DNA of 64,000 nucleotides from the human T2T-CHM13v2.0 reference genome, Homo sapiens (GCA_009914755.4 CP068257.2:29056001-29120000), one strand, 5' to 3'; shown: positions 12,801-28,696, counted from the stretch's first letter. A program made the numbers and translations. Notes: generated by a model not told the origin, from the letters alone.

Positions 12801-13157
12801 GACTGAATATCTGTGTCCCCCAACAAAATTTATATGTTGATATCCCGACCCCTAATGTGATGGTATTAGGAGATGGGATCTGAAGAAAGTGATTTGATTA
12901 TAAAAGTGGAACCCTCATGAATGGGATTAGTACTCTTATTTAAAAAGATTCCAGAGACCTTCCTCACTCCTTCTGCAACATGATGGTACAGCAGGAAGGC
13001 ACCATCCATGAATGTGGCAGATGGCTCCTACTAAATCTGCTGGTAATGTGAATCTTGGACTTCCCAGCCTCTAGAGCTGTGAGAAATAAATGTCTGTTTT
13101 TTAATAATCTACCCAGCCTATGATATTTTGTTATAGCAGCTCAAACAGACTAAGACA
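12801..13157 (+). mobile_element. Older MaLR/ERVL-like LTR fragment (exact family name uncertain)
   Basis: It reads gactgaatatctgtgtcccccaacaaaatttatatgttgatatcccgacccctaatgtgatggtattaggagatggg...cctcatgaatgggattagt...cccagcctctagagctgtgagaaataaatgtctgttttttaataatctacccagcctatgatattttgttatagcagctcaaacagactaagaca. Confidence 0.5.
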
Positions 13158-14740
13158 TCACCCGTTGAGGAAGAATATTTATAAAGTTTTGAGGGCTGAT
13201 ATTACATCATCAGATTGCATTGGCAAGAATTGGTATGATTTGTAAATTAGGATGTTACTGGAATATTCAATGGCTTTCTTTAGAATATATAATCTCTGTA
13301 AAGTCACTTTTAGACAAATTTGTCTGTGGTCTTATCTTAAACTATTTAAATTTCATTAAAATGGTGTTAAAACATTTTGAACTTAGTCTGTAATATACTT
13401 ATAACTTAATCTGGTCATGATGTGTGTGACTCAGGATATGTTTTGTAAGTTGTGATTTATGCTTAAATCTCAGTTTTCCATTCCGTGTAGCTTCCACAGG
13501 GTCATGTTTCACTCTTTAGCATAATAATTATTTGTTTATTAAATACAATAGAAATATTTTCTCAAAGTTGCTACATTAACTTTATTATGTGTTTTCTTTT
13601 AGTCAAATTATTTTATATTTTACTTTTTTCTTAAGACAATCTTTAATTGACCTATAAATTCATAAGATATTCTTCTATGTTTTCTTTTTTAATTAAGGTG
13701 AAATTTACATAATATAAAATTAATTATTTGGAGTGTAATTTAGTGCACTGACAGTGCTGTGCAATCACCACTTCTATCAAGTTCCAAAATATTTTCATCA
13801 ACCCAAAAGGAAATACCACACCTATTCAAGGGTTGCTTCTCTTTCTTCTCTTCCACAGTTTCCATATTTTGTTAATGTTTTCTAGTTGCTAAATTTTATT
13901 TTTAGAACTTTAATCTATTGGGGAATATATTAGGTTTGGTTCCGATTTTTTAATTGAATTGTAATTGCCACATTTATTACATACCAAATATTTCTTTTAC
14001 TGTAAGTCCATTTCTGCATGTTCTACTTCATTCACTTCATTAATCTATCAATTCATCTTCCAAAATATAATTCCAATCACTATACCTTTACTACATGTCT
14101 TAATATCTGGTAATACAAATCTTACCTTTATGTTCTTTTTATTAATTTTTTTGCAAATGCCTTTAAATGTCAAGGATGACAACTTTAAAAGAAGAGCTAA
14201 AAAAGACTGAAAAGCTGAGCAGAGCTTTCAGTGGTCACCAGGCACTCAATAGAAGAAAAGTACATTTGAGAATTTGCTAAAAGAGAAATTTTACTAAAAA
14301 GTCAAAGCTGTCTCACCTGATACGCCTAGAAGGCTATATCTTAGGGAAAGTGGTTAAATCAGAGGTAGAGAAAGTTTTACAAAGTGTAAAATCCGGGTTA
14401 GTTAATTTCCTGATTGAACTGAGGAAATCTGTCTTTATGCAAGCTGTTGGAAGGTAGAACTAATCATATCAGTAGGAAAAATATTATACAGTTCTTCAAC
14501 AGTTTTCTAAATATACAATGTTTAGTACTCAAAAAATTACTATGAATGCAAGAAACAAGACTAAGAGAAAATAACACAATAGATCAAGACCCACAGGCGA
14601 TCCAGATAGCATAAACATCAGTTGTGATATATAAAATACTAGCGATTAATAGGATCAAAAAGTAGATGAAAAGAGTAAGAATTCTACCAGAGAATTGAAA
14701 TTTATTTTTAAAATCAAGTGTAAATGTTTTAGTTCATTTT

Positions 14741-15060
14741 CTGTCATTTATAACAGAATACTTGAAACTGGGTAATATATAAAGAAAAGAAATTTATTTC
14801 TGACACTTATGGAGGCTGAGAAGTCCAAGGTCACTGGTCCACTTCTGGTGAGATATTCTTGCTGGTGGGGACTCTCCTCAGAGTTCCAAGGTGGCAAAGG
14901 GCATCACAAGACAGGGTGACTCAATGGGCTAGGTCAGATCTCTTTCCTTTTCTTATAAAGCCACCAGTTCCATGCCATGATAACCTATTAATTCATTAAC
15001 CCACCAATCCATTAATTCATAAGTCTATGAATGAATTAAGCCTTCATGAGGGCAGAGAAC
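14741..15060 (-). mobile_element. Same LTR family as 12801..13157, antisense, truncated
   Basis: It reads ctgtcatttataacagaatacttgaaactgggtaatatataaagaaaagaaatttatttctgacacttatggaggctgagaagtccaaggtcactggtccacttctggtgag...ttttcttataaagccaccagttccatgccatga. Confidence 0.45.
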
Positions 15061-15549
15061 AACATTTATTTATTTCATAAAACATTATTATTTTATCTTC
15101 AAAATAAAAATACAGTAGAAAGGTATTAAAGCTAAAAGTTTATTCTTTTGAAACACTAATAAAATGAACAAACTTTGTACTATCAAAGGAATAGAAAAAA
15201 ACAAATAAATTACCACTGTTGCTAGTAATAGATATATGACAATATATTCTGCAGAACATAAATGTAATAAGAAATCATTCTAGGTAACCTTATACCAGTG
15301 CATTTGAAAATATAAAGAAATAGACATGACTTGAAAGTAATAAAAGAGGAAATACAACACTTAAATAATTCTATATCTATTACAAAAAGTGAATCTTTAA
15401 TTTAAAACATCTCGTAAGGTAATATCAGGCCTAAAGGGCTTCAATGGGCTATATTCTCAATCACTCAAGGGAGAAATAATGCCAACCTAATGTAAACTAA
15501 ACTAGATTATAGAAAAAGAGGATAGCAATGGTCATAATAGCCTTGATTT

Positions 15550-17290
15550 TACTTTTCAACCTCTATTTTAGGTTCAGAGGTATAAGTGCAGGATTGTTAT
15601 ATAGGTAAATTGCATGTCACAGGGGTTTTGTGTACAGATTCTTTCACCACTCAGGTAATAAGCATAGTACCGGATAGGTAGTTTTTTTAAATCCTCACTC
15701 TCCTCTCTCCCTCCACCCTCAATTAGACCCCATTGTCTGTTGCTCCCTTCTTTGTGTCTATATATACTCAATGTTTACTTCCCATTTGTAAGTGGAAACA
15801 TGCACTATTTGGTTTTCTGTTCTTGTCTTAGTTCACTTAGGATAATGACCTCCAGCTCCATTTATGTTGTTACAAAGGACAAGAAAGATCTCATTCCTTT
15901 TATGGCTATGTATCATTCCATGAAGTATATGTACCACATTCTCCTAATCCAGTCTACCACTGGTGGGCATTTAGATTGATCTGATGTCTTTGATATTGTG
16001 AATAGTGCTACAATGAACATAAACATAGAAGTGTCTTTATGATAGAATAATTTATATTCCTTTGGGTATATACCCAATAATGAGATTGATGGGTTGAATG
16101 GTAATTCTGCTTTGAGTTTTTTGAGAAATCGCCAAATTGCTTCCGCAGTGGCTGAACTAATTTACATTTCCACCAGTAGTTTTTAAGTGTTCCCTGTTCT
16201 CTGCAGCCTTGCCAGCATCTGATACTTTTTGACTTTTATGTAGTAGCCATTCTGACTGTTGTGAGATGGTATCTCACTGTAGTTTTGATTTGCATTTCTA
16301 TAATGATTAGTGATGTTGAGCATTTTTCATATGCTTGTTGGCTACATGTATGTCTTCTTTTGAGAAGTATCTGTGCATGTCATTTGTCCACTTTTTAATG
16401 GGTTTTTTGTTTTTTGTTTGTTTTGCTTGTTGATTAGTTTAAGTTTCTTATAGATTATGGGTGTTAGACCTTTATCCGTTGATTAGTTTGCAAGTATTTA
16501 CTCCCATTCTATAGGTTGTCTGCTTATTCTGTTGATAGTTTCTTTTGCTGTGCAGAAGCTCTTCGGTTTAACAAGGTCCCATTTGTCAATTTTTGTTTTT
16601 GTTGCAGTTGCTATGGCATCTTCGTCATGAAATCTTTGCCACATCAGATGTCCAGAATGGTATTTCTTAGGTTACTTTCCAGGGCTTTTATACTTTGAGG
16701 TTTACATTTAAGTATTTAATCTATCTTGAGTTGATTTTTGTATATGGTGTAAGGAAGGTGTCTAGTTTCAATCTGCATGTGGGTGGCCAGTTATCCCAGA
16801 ACCATTCATTGAATAGGCAGTCCTTTCCCCATTACTTGTTTTTGTCTACTTGTTGAAGATCAGATGGTTATAGGTGTATGGCTCATTTCTGGGCTCTCTA
16901 TTCTGTTTCATTGGTCTATGAGTCTGTTTTTATACCAGTACCATGCTGTTTTGGTCACTGTAGTCTTGTAGCATAGTTTGAAGTCAGGCATAATGCCTCT
17001 GGCTTTGTTCTTTTTGTTTAGAATTGCCTTGGTTCCATATGAATTTTTTAATAGTTTTTTTCTAATTTTGTGAAGAGTATCATTGGTAGTTTAATAGGAA
17101 TAGCATTGAATCCGTAAATTTCTCTGAACAGTATGGCCATTTAAACAACATTGAATCTTCCTATCCATGAGAATGGAATGTTTTTCCATTTGCTTGTGTC
17201 ATCTCTGATTACTTTGAGCAGTGTTTTGTAATTTTTGACATAGAGCACTTTCACCTCCCTGATTAGCTGTATTCCTAGAATAACCTTGAT
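15550..17290 (-). mobile_element. L1 (L1PA/L1PB-like) 3' portion, antisense, ~1.7 kb
   Basis: It reads ttaggttcagaggtataagtgcaggattgttatataggtaaattgcatgtcacaggggttttgtgtacag...gtggaaacatgcactatttggttttctgttcttg...attgtgaatagtgctacaatgaacata...ctgtagttttgatttgcatttctataatgattagtgatgttgagcatttttcatatgcttgttggc...agaagctcttcggtttaacaaggtcccatttgtcaatttttg...ctgttttggtcactgtagtcttgtagcatagtttgaagtcagg. Confidence 0.85.
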
Positions 17291-17930
17291 TTCAAAACCA
17301 AAGTCTTGACGCAAAGGAAGATTGCAGATCAATCTTCCTCCTCAAGATACATCCAAAATATTAAGCAACTTCTTAGGAAATTATCAAATTAACTCAAATT
17401 TGATTGTATGTAAAACAATGATATCTTTTTCCACTCATAAATTATGTAAAAAGTAGGCAGTGATGTAAGTATTAGGAAAGTTTAGAGGAATATCGAGATC
17501 TCATACACTGTTGTTGTGTATATGGATAACACTTCTAGGTGATGATTTGACAGTACTTACTGAAATGAAAATGCATGTAACCCATGATGCATTAATTTTA
17601 CGCTAGGGAACATAAACCAGAGGATTTATCACATAGATCCACAAAAAGACATTCACAACAATGTTCACCGCCGTATTGTTTATGGAAGAAGAGATTAGAA
17701 GACAATACAAGTAGCCACAGCTATGATGCATGGAATACTACAGAATATGGTGAAATGCTATGTAAGGGCTAGAAACAATTCATTAGGTGTACATGTATCC
17801 TGAGCTAATGTTAAGCTGATTTGCGTAGGTATAATTACAGCAGTTATTTATGCCAATGTCTGATTTCACTAATCAATATCCATAGCATATTAAAAATATT
17901 AAGTATTTTTACTATCACGCTTGCATCTAG

Positions 17931-18319
<389 letters not shown>

Positions 18320-18850
18320 TCAATGACAGATCACCTATATGATGGTAGTCACATAAGATTACAATACCATATTTTTAGTATACCTTTTCTATATTTAGAC
18401 ATGTTTAGATACACAAATACTTACCATTGTATTACAGTCACCTACAATATTCAGCACAGTAATGTGCTGCACAGGTTTGTGGCCTAGGAATGATAAATTA
18501 TACCATATAGCCTGGGTATGTAGTAGGCTGTATCATCCAGGTTTGTGAGTACACCCTAGGCTGTACTCACATTCTGTGTACAACCACAAAATCACCTAAC
18601 AGTGCATTTCTCAGAACATATCCCTGTTGTTAAGTGACACATGACTGTGTCAGAGTGACAGTAAATACACTGTTTGTTTTAAAATGAGGATCACACTCAC
18701 ATCCCAAAAAACACAATGTATATTTTTGAAATATTCAAGCTATTCCACAATTATAATACATACAAGGAAAAAACAAGGAGGTAATGGGATAGAGATTAGG
18801 GATAATCTGTATAATAATATTATAAAATAAAACAGGAGAAGATATGTTAA

Positions 18851-19198
<348 letters not shown>

Positions 19199-21462
19199 TA
19201 AATTAATCCTATGTATCTGAGGTCTAAAACACACAAGCCAACAAATTAATTCTTCCATTTCCATATACCTTCCTTCTTGTATTTCATTTTTGTTTTAATT
19301 ACAAAAGTAATGCATTGCAAACAGATATTATTTTAATTTTTATTAAGTTAATTTCCCCATTATTCTCTATTTCTGCTAACCAATGTTGACACTTTAGGGT
19401 TTCCCTTTTCTATATGTATCCAAAACAGAATTAACATACTTTGGGTTTTTTATTTTTATTTACTTAACAAGAATGGCATTATGCAACGATTTCAAAAATT
19501 ATTAACTTGTAAATACTTTCCACATAAGAAGTTGTCTGTCATCTGTTTCTCTTTTGTTGACCATCCTCAGTGGGACCTCTGTGAATCTGAGTCAGAGTAT
19601 GAAGAAAGATTGACTCGAATAGTGAAGCTATAGATGGAAAGGAAGGACTTACAGAAAAGAATAGTCACTCCATTTAGACAAGCACTAAAGTGACAAGAGA
19701 GCAGAAGCAGTGAGAAGCTGTGGGAATTACTAGGAGATTTAGATAATGACACCTTCACTTTATTAGGGACTTGCGGCAGGCTATGAATTTAATTCTCTTT
19801 AATGTTTTGGGGGAGAAACATAGCTAAAGCTTATATTTTGTCATTTATGCTGTGTTTTGGCTGTTTTAGCTGTGATGCTTGGATTGTTATTTTAGACACT
19901 GGAATCAGGGGGTTCAAAATTTATAAAGTTTACATATCCCTATTTCATTTTCTCAGTTCACAATCTTTTGCTTTATGTAGACATCATTTTCATATCAATA
20001 TAAAAAGTTACAACTCATTATTTTCTATGCCTACCTAATATTGAAAAATACTGATATACCATAGCATTTGCCATCACTGTATTGTTGACCAATTATATTG
20101 GAAAAAACTAAAATGGATCAATAATATCCAGTGCTTGAGAACATTTCCCAAGATCAGCACTTTTATACCTTGCTGGTGGGAATCTGAAATACTACAAAAC
20201 TGCTGGAGAGAAAGCTGGCAATTTCTACCCTATGGAAATCAAAGCACCAGTCAATAATACTTACAAGGAAGTGTATCATCACAGTGCTTTTATGCTAAAT
20301 AACGTGATAAACATTTTTCTACTGAACAATTATAGATTTGTAAGCATCATGTTATATTTAGTTGCTTCTTATTCTGGGCATATATAAAACAATGCCATAT
20401 GTTTTATTCCTGTGATTTATAAGGTCAAGGACGACATCTGTTTCATTTCTACTGTGGACCACTAAGTTCCACCATTAGCACAGAAGGTGGCTTAATTAAT
20501 ATTACTCAAAAATAATGATAATGAAGCACACAGCAACCCTCCCTTCATCTGCTAGAGTCCATCTCCTTAACTGTGCATGAAGGGAACTAATTATGATATT
20601 TCGTGCTTTTTCTGAAGTGATGTTTAACTACAGCTTAGAAGGCAAAAATGAATGCTACAAGAGATGTTTTGTGTGACTCAAATTTTCCTCCTAATCATCC
20701 AAGTTTTACAAACCCTTAACTCTTTGTTAGAAATTTTAGATCTTTTGTTATATTTACTATATTTCATATATTTATATAAAATAATTTAGTTTTAAATTTT
20801 ACTGATGCACATCTTTTCATGAATTTTGAAATTTCTACTCATAATTTAGCCTTGTGGATTCCAAACATCTTCACTAGCTTCTGAAATTGATGTATGCCTT
20901 TCTCTCCAACTTTAATGAATCCCATTTCCATGTGAATTCATTAGGACTCTCTTTGCTTTCTCATTCTGCTCTTCTGAGGACCCTTTATAAATTTTTTGTC
21001 CAAATAGTTTGTGTTTTTATACAGATTGTATAGTTTTATCTAGAAACAGCCTCCCAAACCTACTGAGCTGTAGGAAGCAATGACAAACACGAGAAAAGAA
21101 GCCTTAGGCCAGACAAATTCTGATTCTCTTATCTTCTGAATCAAGGCTTTCCAAAAGATAAACAAAAGCTACCTATGAGTGGATAAATATGTAAGTAGTG
21201 CTGTTATATTGAACAACTATTTTCTCAGATGAAAGGGGTAAAATTTTACTTACAATAAACATTTCAGCCAAAGATAGTATAGTTCAACAGTAAAGCCAGA
21301 ATTGCTTATTTTGCCCATTTTATCCACTTACTAACATGTTCAGTGTTTCATTTAACAAATATAAATCATATATTACCATACTCTTCACATTGTGTCCATG
21401 AGGCGTGCTATCATGCTGTAAGGGAAACAAGTATGTGCATGCAAGTAAAAGAGAAGGGAAAT

Positions 21463-21814
21463 GTATTAGTCCATTCTCAGACTGCTAATAAAGACATACC
21501 CAAGACTGGGTAATTTATAAAGGAAAGAGGTTTAATTGACTCACAGTTCCAGACAGCTGGGGAGGTCTCACAATCGTGTCAGAAGGTCAATGAGGAGCAA
21601 AGTCACGTCTTCCATGACAGCAGGCAAGAGACAGCTTGCCTCTAGGGGAATTCCATCAGATCTCATGAGTGTTATTCACTATCATGAGAACAGCATGGGA
21701 AAAACCCACCCTCATGATTCAACTACCTCCACCAGGTTTCTCCTATGACACATGGGAATTATCAGAGCTACAATTCAATAGAGATTTGGGTGGGGACACA
21801 GCCAAACTATATCA
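21463..21814 (-). mobile_element. Solo MaLR LTR (THE1/MST-like), antisense
   Basis: It reads tgtattagtccattctcagactgctaataaagacatacccaagactgggtaatttataaaggaaagaggtttaattgactcacagttcc...gagatttgggtggggacacagccaaactatatca. Confidence 0.8.
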
Positions 21815-21935
21815 GGAAACGAAGGGGAGAGGAGAGGAAGAGGAGGAGAGGAAAGAGGAGGGGAAGGGAAAGGAGAGACAAGAAGGGGACGAGAAAAGAA
21901 GAAGAGAAGGAAAGAATACAAAGAGGTTAGGTAAT
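21815..21935. repeat. Purine-rich (GA/GGA/GAA)n low-complexity tract, directly 3' of the solo MaLR LTR
   Basis: It reads ggaaacgaaggggagaggagaggaagaggaggagaggaaagaggaggggaagggaaaggagagacaagaaggggacgagaaaagaagaagagaaggaaag. Confidence 0.85.
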
Positions 21936-22985
21936 ATAATAGGCATGTTCATGGGATACTATGAAACCAGAAAACTAAAAATAGGTGAAAAATACCAATA
22001 AAGATAATTAAATCCTAATTCATGAGAAGGATTTCTTCAGGTAAAGAAAGTGGAGGAATAAACATCTGTAAAAAAAAAAAAAGTTTCCATTCAGATGTGT
22101 TCTTTATCCATTTACTTTCTTAAAAGAATATTTGACAGAATGCACAGCTGGTGACATGGCCTCACGTGTGGCCCACAGGGTGTTGACAGGCAATACCGTG
22201 AAAGGTGAACAGACAGACTGAGAAGGAGGAGGTCAATGTTGTCGCTCAGCACATGAGGAGACATGTTACACAGTCTCCCTGAAGAAGTGTATAGATTTTC
22301 TAATTAAACAGGATTTGCTCAGTGAAAATCCGAGATCATTGACTGTTAGCACCTTTACTTTTTATAGAACCACTGCTATTTGCCAGTACCCCACAACCTC
22401 CCAGGCACTGTGCAGTGTCTGAGGAAGGGCACTGGGCAAGAAAAGTTATAGGAAATGTGTTTGGTTTGTTCTTTCTATATTGTACCTTCCCTCATCAAAA
22501 ACAGTCACATAGGAGAAAATTTAGATGGAGCATATTTATTTGTTAAAATCTAAGTGTCTTGAAAATAGAGAGAATAAAGGGTTTTAATATTGTTGAGGGA
22601 GCAGAGTAGGAATACAAAAGAGTAAAAAAGAAACAGAGAGAAGTTTCACCTAACGCCCTTACAAAGAAAGAAGCATGAGTTCTGTCCCTGGAGCAGCAAG
22701 AAGCTATGTACCACTCCAGGACACTAAAAAGTTAGCAAGGTCTCAAAGAAGATAGCAGAATTATGCTAAATTCCTAGCTTCAGCAAAGATTTCTGCACTC
22801 CATACTTGGCCTACACAACTTAGCCAATGGATTTCAAAACCACATCATGGGCTAATGTAATGACAAAGTCTTTCATGACCATCACTAGCAAAAATTTATG
22901 GATTTTGATGTTACCTTTGAAGTATAAGCATTACATCTGATGAGATGTAAATTATAATAAATTTACAGATGAAATTTTCTATTAG

Positions 22986-23032
22986 CTATTTTTTACACTA
23001 TTTTTACACTATTTTTTACACTGTTTTTTTAC
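22986..23032. repeat. Short tandem repeat, unit tatttttacac(t) x4
   Basis: It reads ctattttttacactatttttacactattttttacactgtttttttacag. Confidence 0.8.
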
Positions 23033-23424
23033 AGATGTTTATTCCTCCACTTTCTTTACCTGAAGTGGCAATTTGGTTTTGCATTATGCAATATAAAATC
23101 AATATTAGAAGTTGTGTAAAGCCTAATTCAAACCTATAAAATGTGTGAGGCAAAATTTTAATGTTTATATTTTATTCTTTTTGTTGGATTCTCGCAGAAG
23201 TTCCTTGAGTTTTTGGTCTTAGACTGCCTTTACATAAGTATATTTTGTGTATACAACAAGATACTAAAGAATGAAACTATGAAAGCCAGTAAAACAGCTA
23301 CATTTTTTCCCAGAAAGTAAGTCAAAGTATATACTTTTGAATACTCTGTCCTTTCCCCAATGTATGTTCTTGACATTTTTGTCAAAAATACATTGACTAT
23401 AAATTCTTAGATTACATTCATGAA

Positions 23425-23670
23425 TTTATTTCTGGTTTTTCAACTTTGTTCCGTTGTTCAATGTGTCTGTTTTTATGACACTACCGTGCTGTTTTAGTTA
23501 CTATGGCTTTGTAGTATAATTTGAAGTCAAGTAATGTAAAGCCTTCAGCTTTGTTTTGTTTTTTTGTTTGTTTGTTGTTGTTGTTGTTGTTAAGAATTGC
23601 TTTGGCTATTCTGGATCTTTTATGGTTCTATATAAATTTTAGGATTATGTTTCTATTTCTGTGAAGAATG
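23425..23670 (-). mobile_element. L1 fragment, antisense (inverted 5' segment of the adjacent L1)
   Basis: It reads gtctgtttttatgacactaccgtgctgttttagttactatggctttgtagtataatttgaagtcaagtaatgtaaagccttcagctttgtt...ggctattctggatcttttatggttctatataaattttaggattatgtttctatttctgtgaagaatg. Confidence 0.75.
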
Positions 23671-23689
23671 TAAATTAGCATAGCTACTA

Positions 23690-24640
23690 TGGGAAAAAGT
23701 GTGGAGGTGTCTCAAAAAAACAAAAATAATACTGCCATAAATTACAGCAATCCCACTGCTAGGTATATATCCAAAAGAAAGGACGTTCATGTAGCCAAGA
23801 GATATCTGCACTCCCATGTTTATTGCAGCACTATTTATAATAATTAAAATATTGAATAAAACTAAGTGTCCATCAAAATTGATGAATGGATTGCCTAAGC
23901 CTAGGAGTTTGAGACCAGCCTAGGCAACACAGAGAGAGACCCTGTCTCTCCAAAAAAAAAAACAGTGATGCATGCTTGTAGTTCCAGCTGCTTGGGAGGC
24001 TGAGGCACAGGAGGATCACTTGAACCCAGGAGATCGAGGCTGCAATGAGCTGTGATAGTCCCAATGCACTCCAGCCTAGGTAACTGAGAAAGACCCAATT
24101 TAAAAAAAGAAAGAAAACCAAAAAAAAAAAAAGATAAGAAAAAGAAAATAAATAAATCCTAGCATTTGTAATAATATGGATGGAGTTGGAGGACATTATG
24201 ATACATAAAATAAGCCAGACACAAAAATACAAAAAGAGCATGTTCTCACCCATAAGTAGGAGCTAAAATAATTGATCTCAAGAGTTGAATGATGGCTACC
24301 AGAGACTGAGAACAGCGCTAGAGAGGAAGGATAAAGAAGGGTTGGACAATGAGTACAAAGATACAGTTAGATAGAAGGAATAAGATCTAGCATTTGATAG
24401 GAAAATAGGGCAATTATAGTTAACAATTATTTATTTTATATTTCGAAATAGCTAGAAGAGTGAAATCGGAATAATCTCAACACAAAGTAATAATAAATGT
24501 TTCAAGTGATGGATATTCCAACTACCCTGATTTGATCATTACACATAGTATTCATGGATCAAAATATCACATGCAACTATAAATATGTATAACTATTATG
24601 TATCCATAAAAACTGAAAATAAATAAAAAAACAAAGTATG
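23690..24640 (+). mobile_element. L1 3' end, sense (ORF2 C-terminus, 3' UTR, A-rich tail); interrupted by the Alu at 23890..24133
   Basis: It reads ...attacagcaatcccactgctaggtatatatccaaaagaaa...gatatctgcactcccatgtttattgcagcactatttataataattaaa...gtgtccatcaaaattgatgaatggat. After the Alu it continues ggatggagttggaggacattatgatacataaaataagccagacacaaaaatacaaaaagagcatgttctcacccataagtaggagct and ends A-rich at about 24640. Confidence 0.8.
23890..24133 (+). mobile_element. Alu SINE, 5'-truncated
   Basis: It begins at the Alu-internal gcctaggagtttgagaccagcctaggcaacac, runs through the right monomer and ends in poly-A. It is inserted in an L1 3' end. Confidence 0.85.
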
Positions 24641-26654
24641 GATTTTACTAATGGTGGGAATCACTTCGATTATTTAAAGATACATAATAGGTACAATGAA
24701 AGCTAGAGATGTCCAGGACCCCATGCGCTTGCATCCTCAATCAGCCCTCTAAAGTTCTCTAGAGAGAATGCAGATGAGAATTTTCAGGGAAATAGTTTAT
24801 TACAATTTATGGCTCTGACTCCAAACTTCTGTGTGGTCTTCTTGGCATGTGTGAATCATAAAGATTACTTGCGGTTTTAGCATTGCCCCCATGACATTTG
24901 AGTTGTAGATACAGATTCCAATTTTGCCAGTGCACTGTGCTTTCTTGAATGATCAGTTCCATGTCTTATACCTGTTTGTTTTCCTAGTGCTTACCATAAG
25001 CATTCAGTTCCTGTTTGTAACTTTTCCTCGTCTCTCTACCACAAACCAACTGTTCAGCTTTGGGCGGAACATTCAAGTGGTCATTATCTAAATTGACTTA
25101 TATAAAGAACGCTTTGAGGGAATGACATTTAAGGCCATCTCAAAGTTTCTCTTAAGTAATTCATTTTATTTTCGTTAATACCTTTTGAGATTTGAAGACT
25201 ACTATCACATCTTTTTTAAATTACTTTTCTGCCAAGTTCTCATAAGTCAGCTTGTTAGATCATTTCTGACTTGGAGGGCCTTAAATCTTATGAAAACGTA
25301 ATAATGATAGAATTAGCATCTCTATGTGGTTGTACCTCAAGCAACAGATCCTCTGTGGGAGAAAATGACCTTCAACTACGTCAGTCTGGACTGAAAAATG
25401 ATATAAGGTTAATTGAATTTGTCTGTTTGGTTTTGGTTGTTTGATTTTCATTCCCATATAGTATAGTTAAAAGCTGAGGTCTCGTTTTGTTTTGAGTCAA
25501 CTCTTCTATCATTTGTCCCTTGGAGTGACTTTTTACTGCCCTGTAGCTGAAGAGGAGGCCATAATTCTCTGATGCTAGAGAGTGCGGGAACATGCCATCT
25601 GTCCTAAGAAGGGGGCATGAGTCGAAAGAACACCAAAAGTGCAGTAAGTTACAGCTGACTCATACAAAGGGAAAAGAAGAAAACAGGGATCCACAGACAT
25701 AAATTTTCCAGGGAGAAAATTTGTGGCCTGGAATATATATCCCTGTGTTTCCTATGTGGTGTTCCCTTTGATAAACCATCTAACTAGAAGGACATTTTAG
25801 AAAAAGAGAGTTAGGCACTCTGTTCTTTGAAATAAAAAGTCAGTGAAGGAGAGGAAAGTGAAGATAATGGTGAATACAAATTTCTGATTCTATTTACCAT
25901 TTTCCTTTCTACTTTGCCTCCACCACAGTAATGTTTTTCCTATTATCTTATTAAAAGAACATTCATAACCAAGTCATCACAGTTGATTGTAATAATGTAT
26001 GAATTAACTGTGTAATTTATATTAATATATGATGACCTAAACCATTTAGGTTTTGCATCACTTTGCGTTACTTAGATTCTTGGTACACAATTGGAAAAAT
26101 ATGTGTGGAATTTTAACAGACAATGGTGGGCGTGGGATGGGCTTTAACTATGTATTTTCTTACCTTAGCTGACATTTACTTCTATTCCCATTTGAAAATA
26201 CTGTTTCCTCCTTGAAAAGTGCAATGTATATGATTCACCAGCAAGAAAAGCAGATACTTTTTATTGCAGCATTTTCATTGCTGTATAACTGAAGTTACAC
26301 TATGGATAACACAGCAACCAGCAAATTTGTTTCCATTTATAAACTGTTAACATTACATTTTCTATTTAAAATTGAAGTTCGTATTATTGTTGTTTGATTT
26401 CACAGGAAAATTTGATATTCTAATTGATAGATGATAATTCTATACATCAAATTTTTATTTTACATATTCGTAGTTTCTAGTGAATACAAATATCAAGGAA
26501 AAATGATGTAAGATAACATAGCCTTAAGTTGATTTTATCGACAATGGAGTGCAATCACCTTGTCTACTTTTGGTCGTTGCTGTTGTTGAGAGTGAAGATT
26601 ATTTGTAATGATTTAGAGTTTAAAAGGACCATATTTCTGATCTTGCATTGGTAA

Positions 26655-26987
<333 letters not shown>

Positions 26988-27424
26988 CGTTTTTGTATAA
27001 TCCATTTTCTCAGAGGCATTTCACCATTTTGTTGGGCTTTAATTTGAAAACACTATTGCAAAATACTCAAAAAATACAGTAATTATTTTAAAAAATCACT
27101 CAAGCAATGTAACGGTATACTCCAGTATGTCACACTCTGCTTTGCAGTCAAGATTCTAAAGTTATTACTTTTTCTATGATGAAGTTCTCAAATAGAGTTC
27201 AGTAGAGGTTAGAGGACTACATGAAGCCTATGAGTGAAGATGATACAGCACATATGTAGTGTGAGATGATGTTATCCTTTTTGTTCTTAAGTAAAATGAA
27301 TATACATATTATTTTGATATATATTATTTTTTAAATAAGAAAACCAAAATAACTCCAAGTAATTTCTAACTACTAAAATTTAAAATCTCACACATGCTTC
27401 TAAGTATCTGTATATTTAGAACTA

Positions 27425-27787
<363 letters not shown>

Positions 27788-28339
27788 CTAGTAATTTTTA
27801 TGTACTCCATGAATTCCAACAAAAGCATGAGACCAAAAAAAAAAAAAAAAAAGGAAAGAATAATAAAATCAGATGACTTAATTTGGAGGCTGCTACCTCT
27901 CAAAAGTTAGCATAGATGAAGCATTACATTGTTTGCTGCAAAACAACATACATAAGGAGTCATTTGCCAACAAAAACAAAATCCTATTATTACGTATCAT
28001 GCTACATGCTAAGTATACTATCTCATTAACTATGGCAACAGTCCTCTGACATCAGTGTTTATAACCTTTTTGTTTGAATGGAAGAGGAGACTTATGAAAT
28101 ATGAAGATTAAGAAGTTTTCTGACACATGCACAGCTAGGAATGGGAACATTGGCATCTAACGTCACTCTCTGTTGCCCCAAAGCCTGTGCTTTTTAAGAA
28201 AGAGAAATGTTGTGACTACACTTTGCCATAGAGGAGAATTGTTTGATATCCCCATATAAATAGTCCTAGACTCACTTTATCATACATAGCAGTCTCATAG
28301 AGCAATTCCTTCGCCACCACAGGAATGGAGTCAGGAATT

Positions 28340-28378
28340 TTTTTTTTTTTTAGATGAGTCTCACTCTGTCACCGGGCT
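28340..28378 (-). mobile_element. Alu fragment (poly-T plus first ~25 nt of antisense Alu)
   Basis: It reads ttttttttttttagatgagtctcactctgtcaccgggc. Confidence 0.5.
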
Positions 28379-28451
28379 TTCTTAAATAATTTTATAATTA
28401 TGTAACAAATATAACTGAAGAAAAAAACAACTGATTTTTGACTTTGATTTT

Positions 28452-28522
28452 GAGAGAGAGAAAGATATGAGGAGAAGTAGAAGGAGGAGGAGAAGGGAGA
28501 AGAGGAGGAAGAGGAGAAGTAG
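28452..28522. repeat. GA-rich low-complexity tract
   Basis: It reads gagagagagaaagatatgaggagaagtagaaggaggaggagaagggagaagaggaggaagaggagaagtag. Confidence 0.8.
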
Positions 28523-28695
28523 ATGCAAGGTGATGAACAGGGAAATAGTGTAAGAATGTCATTTCTATTTCAAGTGGAATGTTAGGCAAAGTCTCCTAAG
28601 GAGTTCATATTAACCAGAATCCCAAAAAAAGTGACAGAACTGTCTATGAGAATGTTTGAGAAAAGGCCGACGGAATTAGAATTAGAATCATTGTG

Positions 28696-28696
28696 T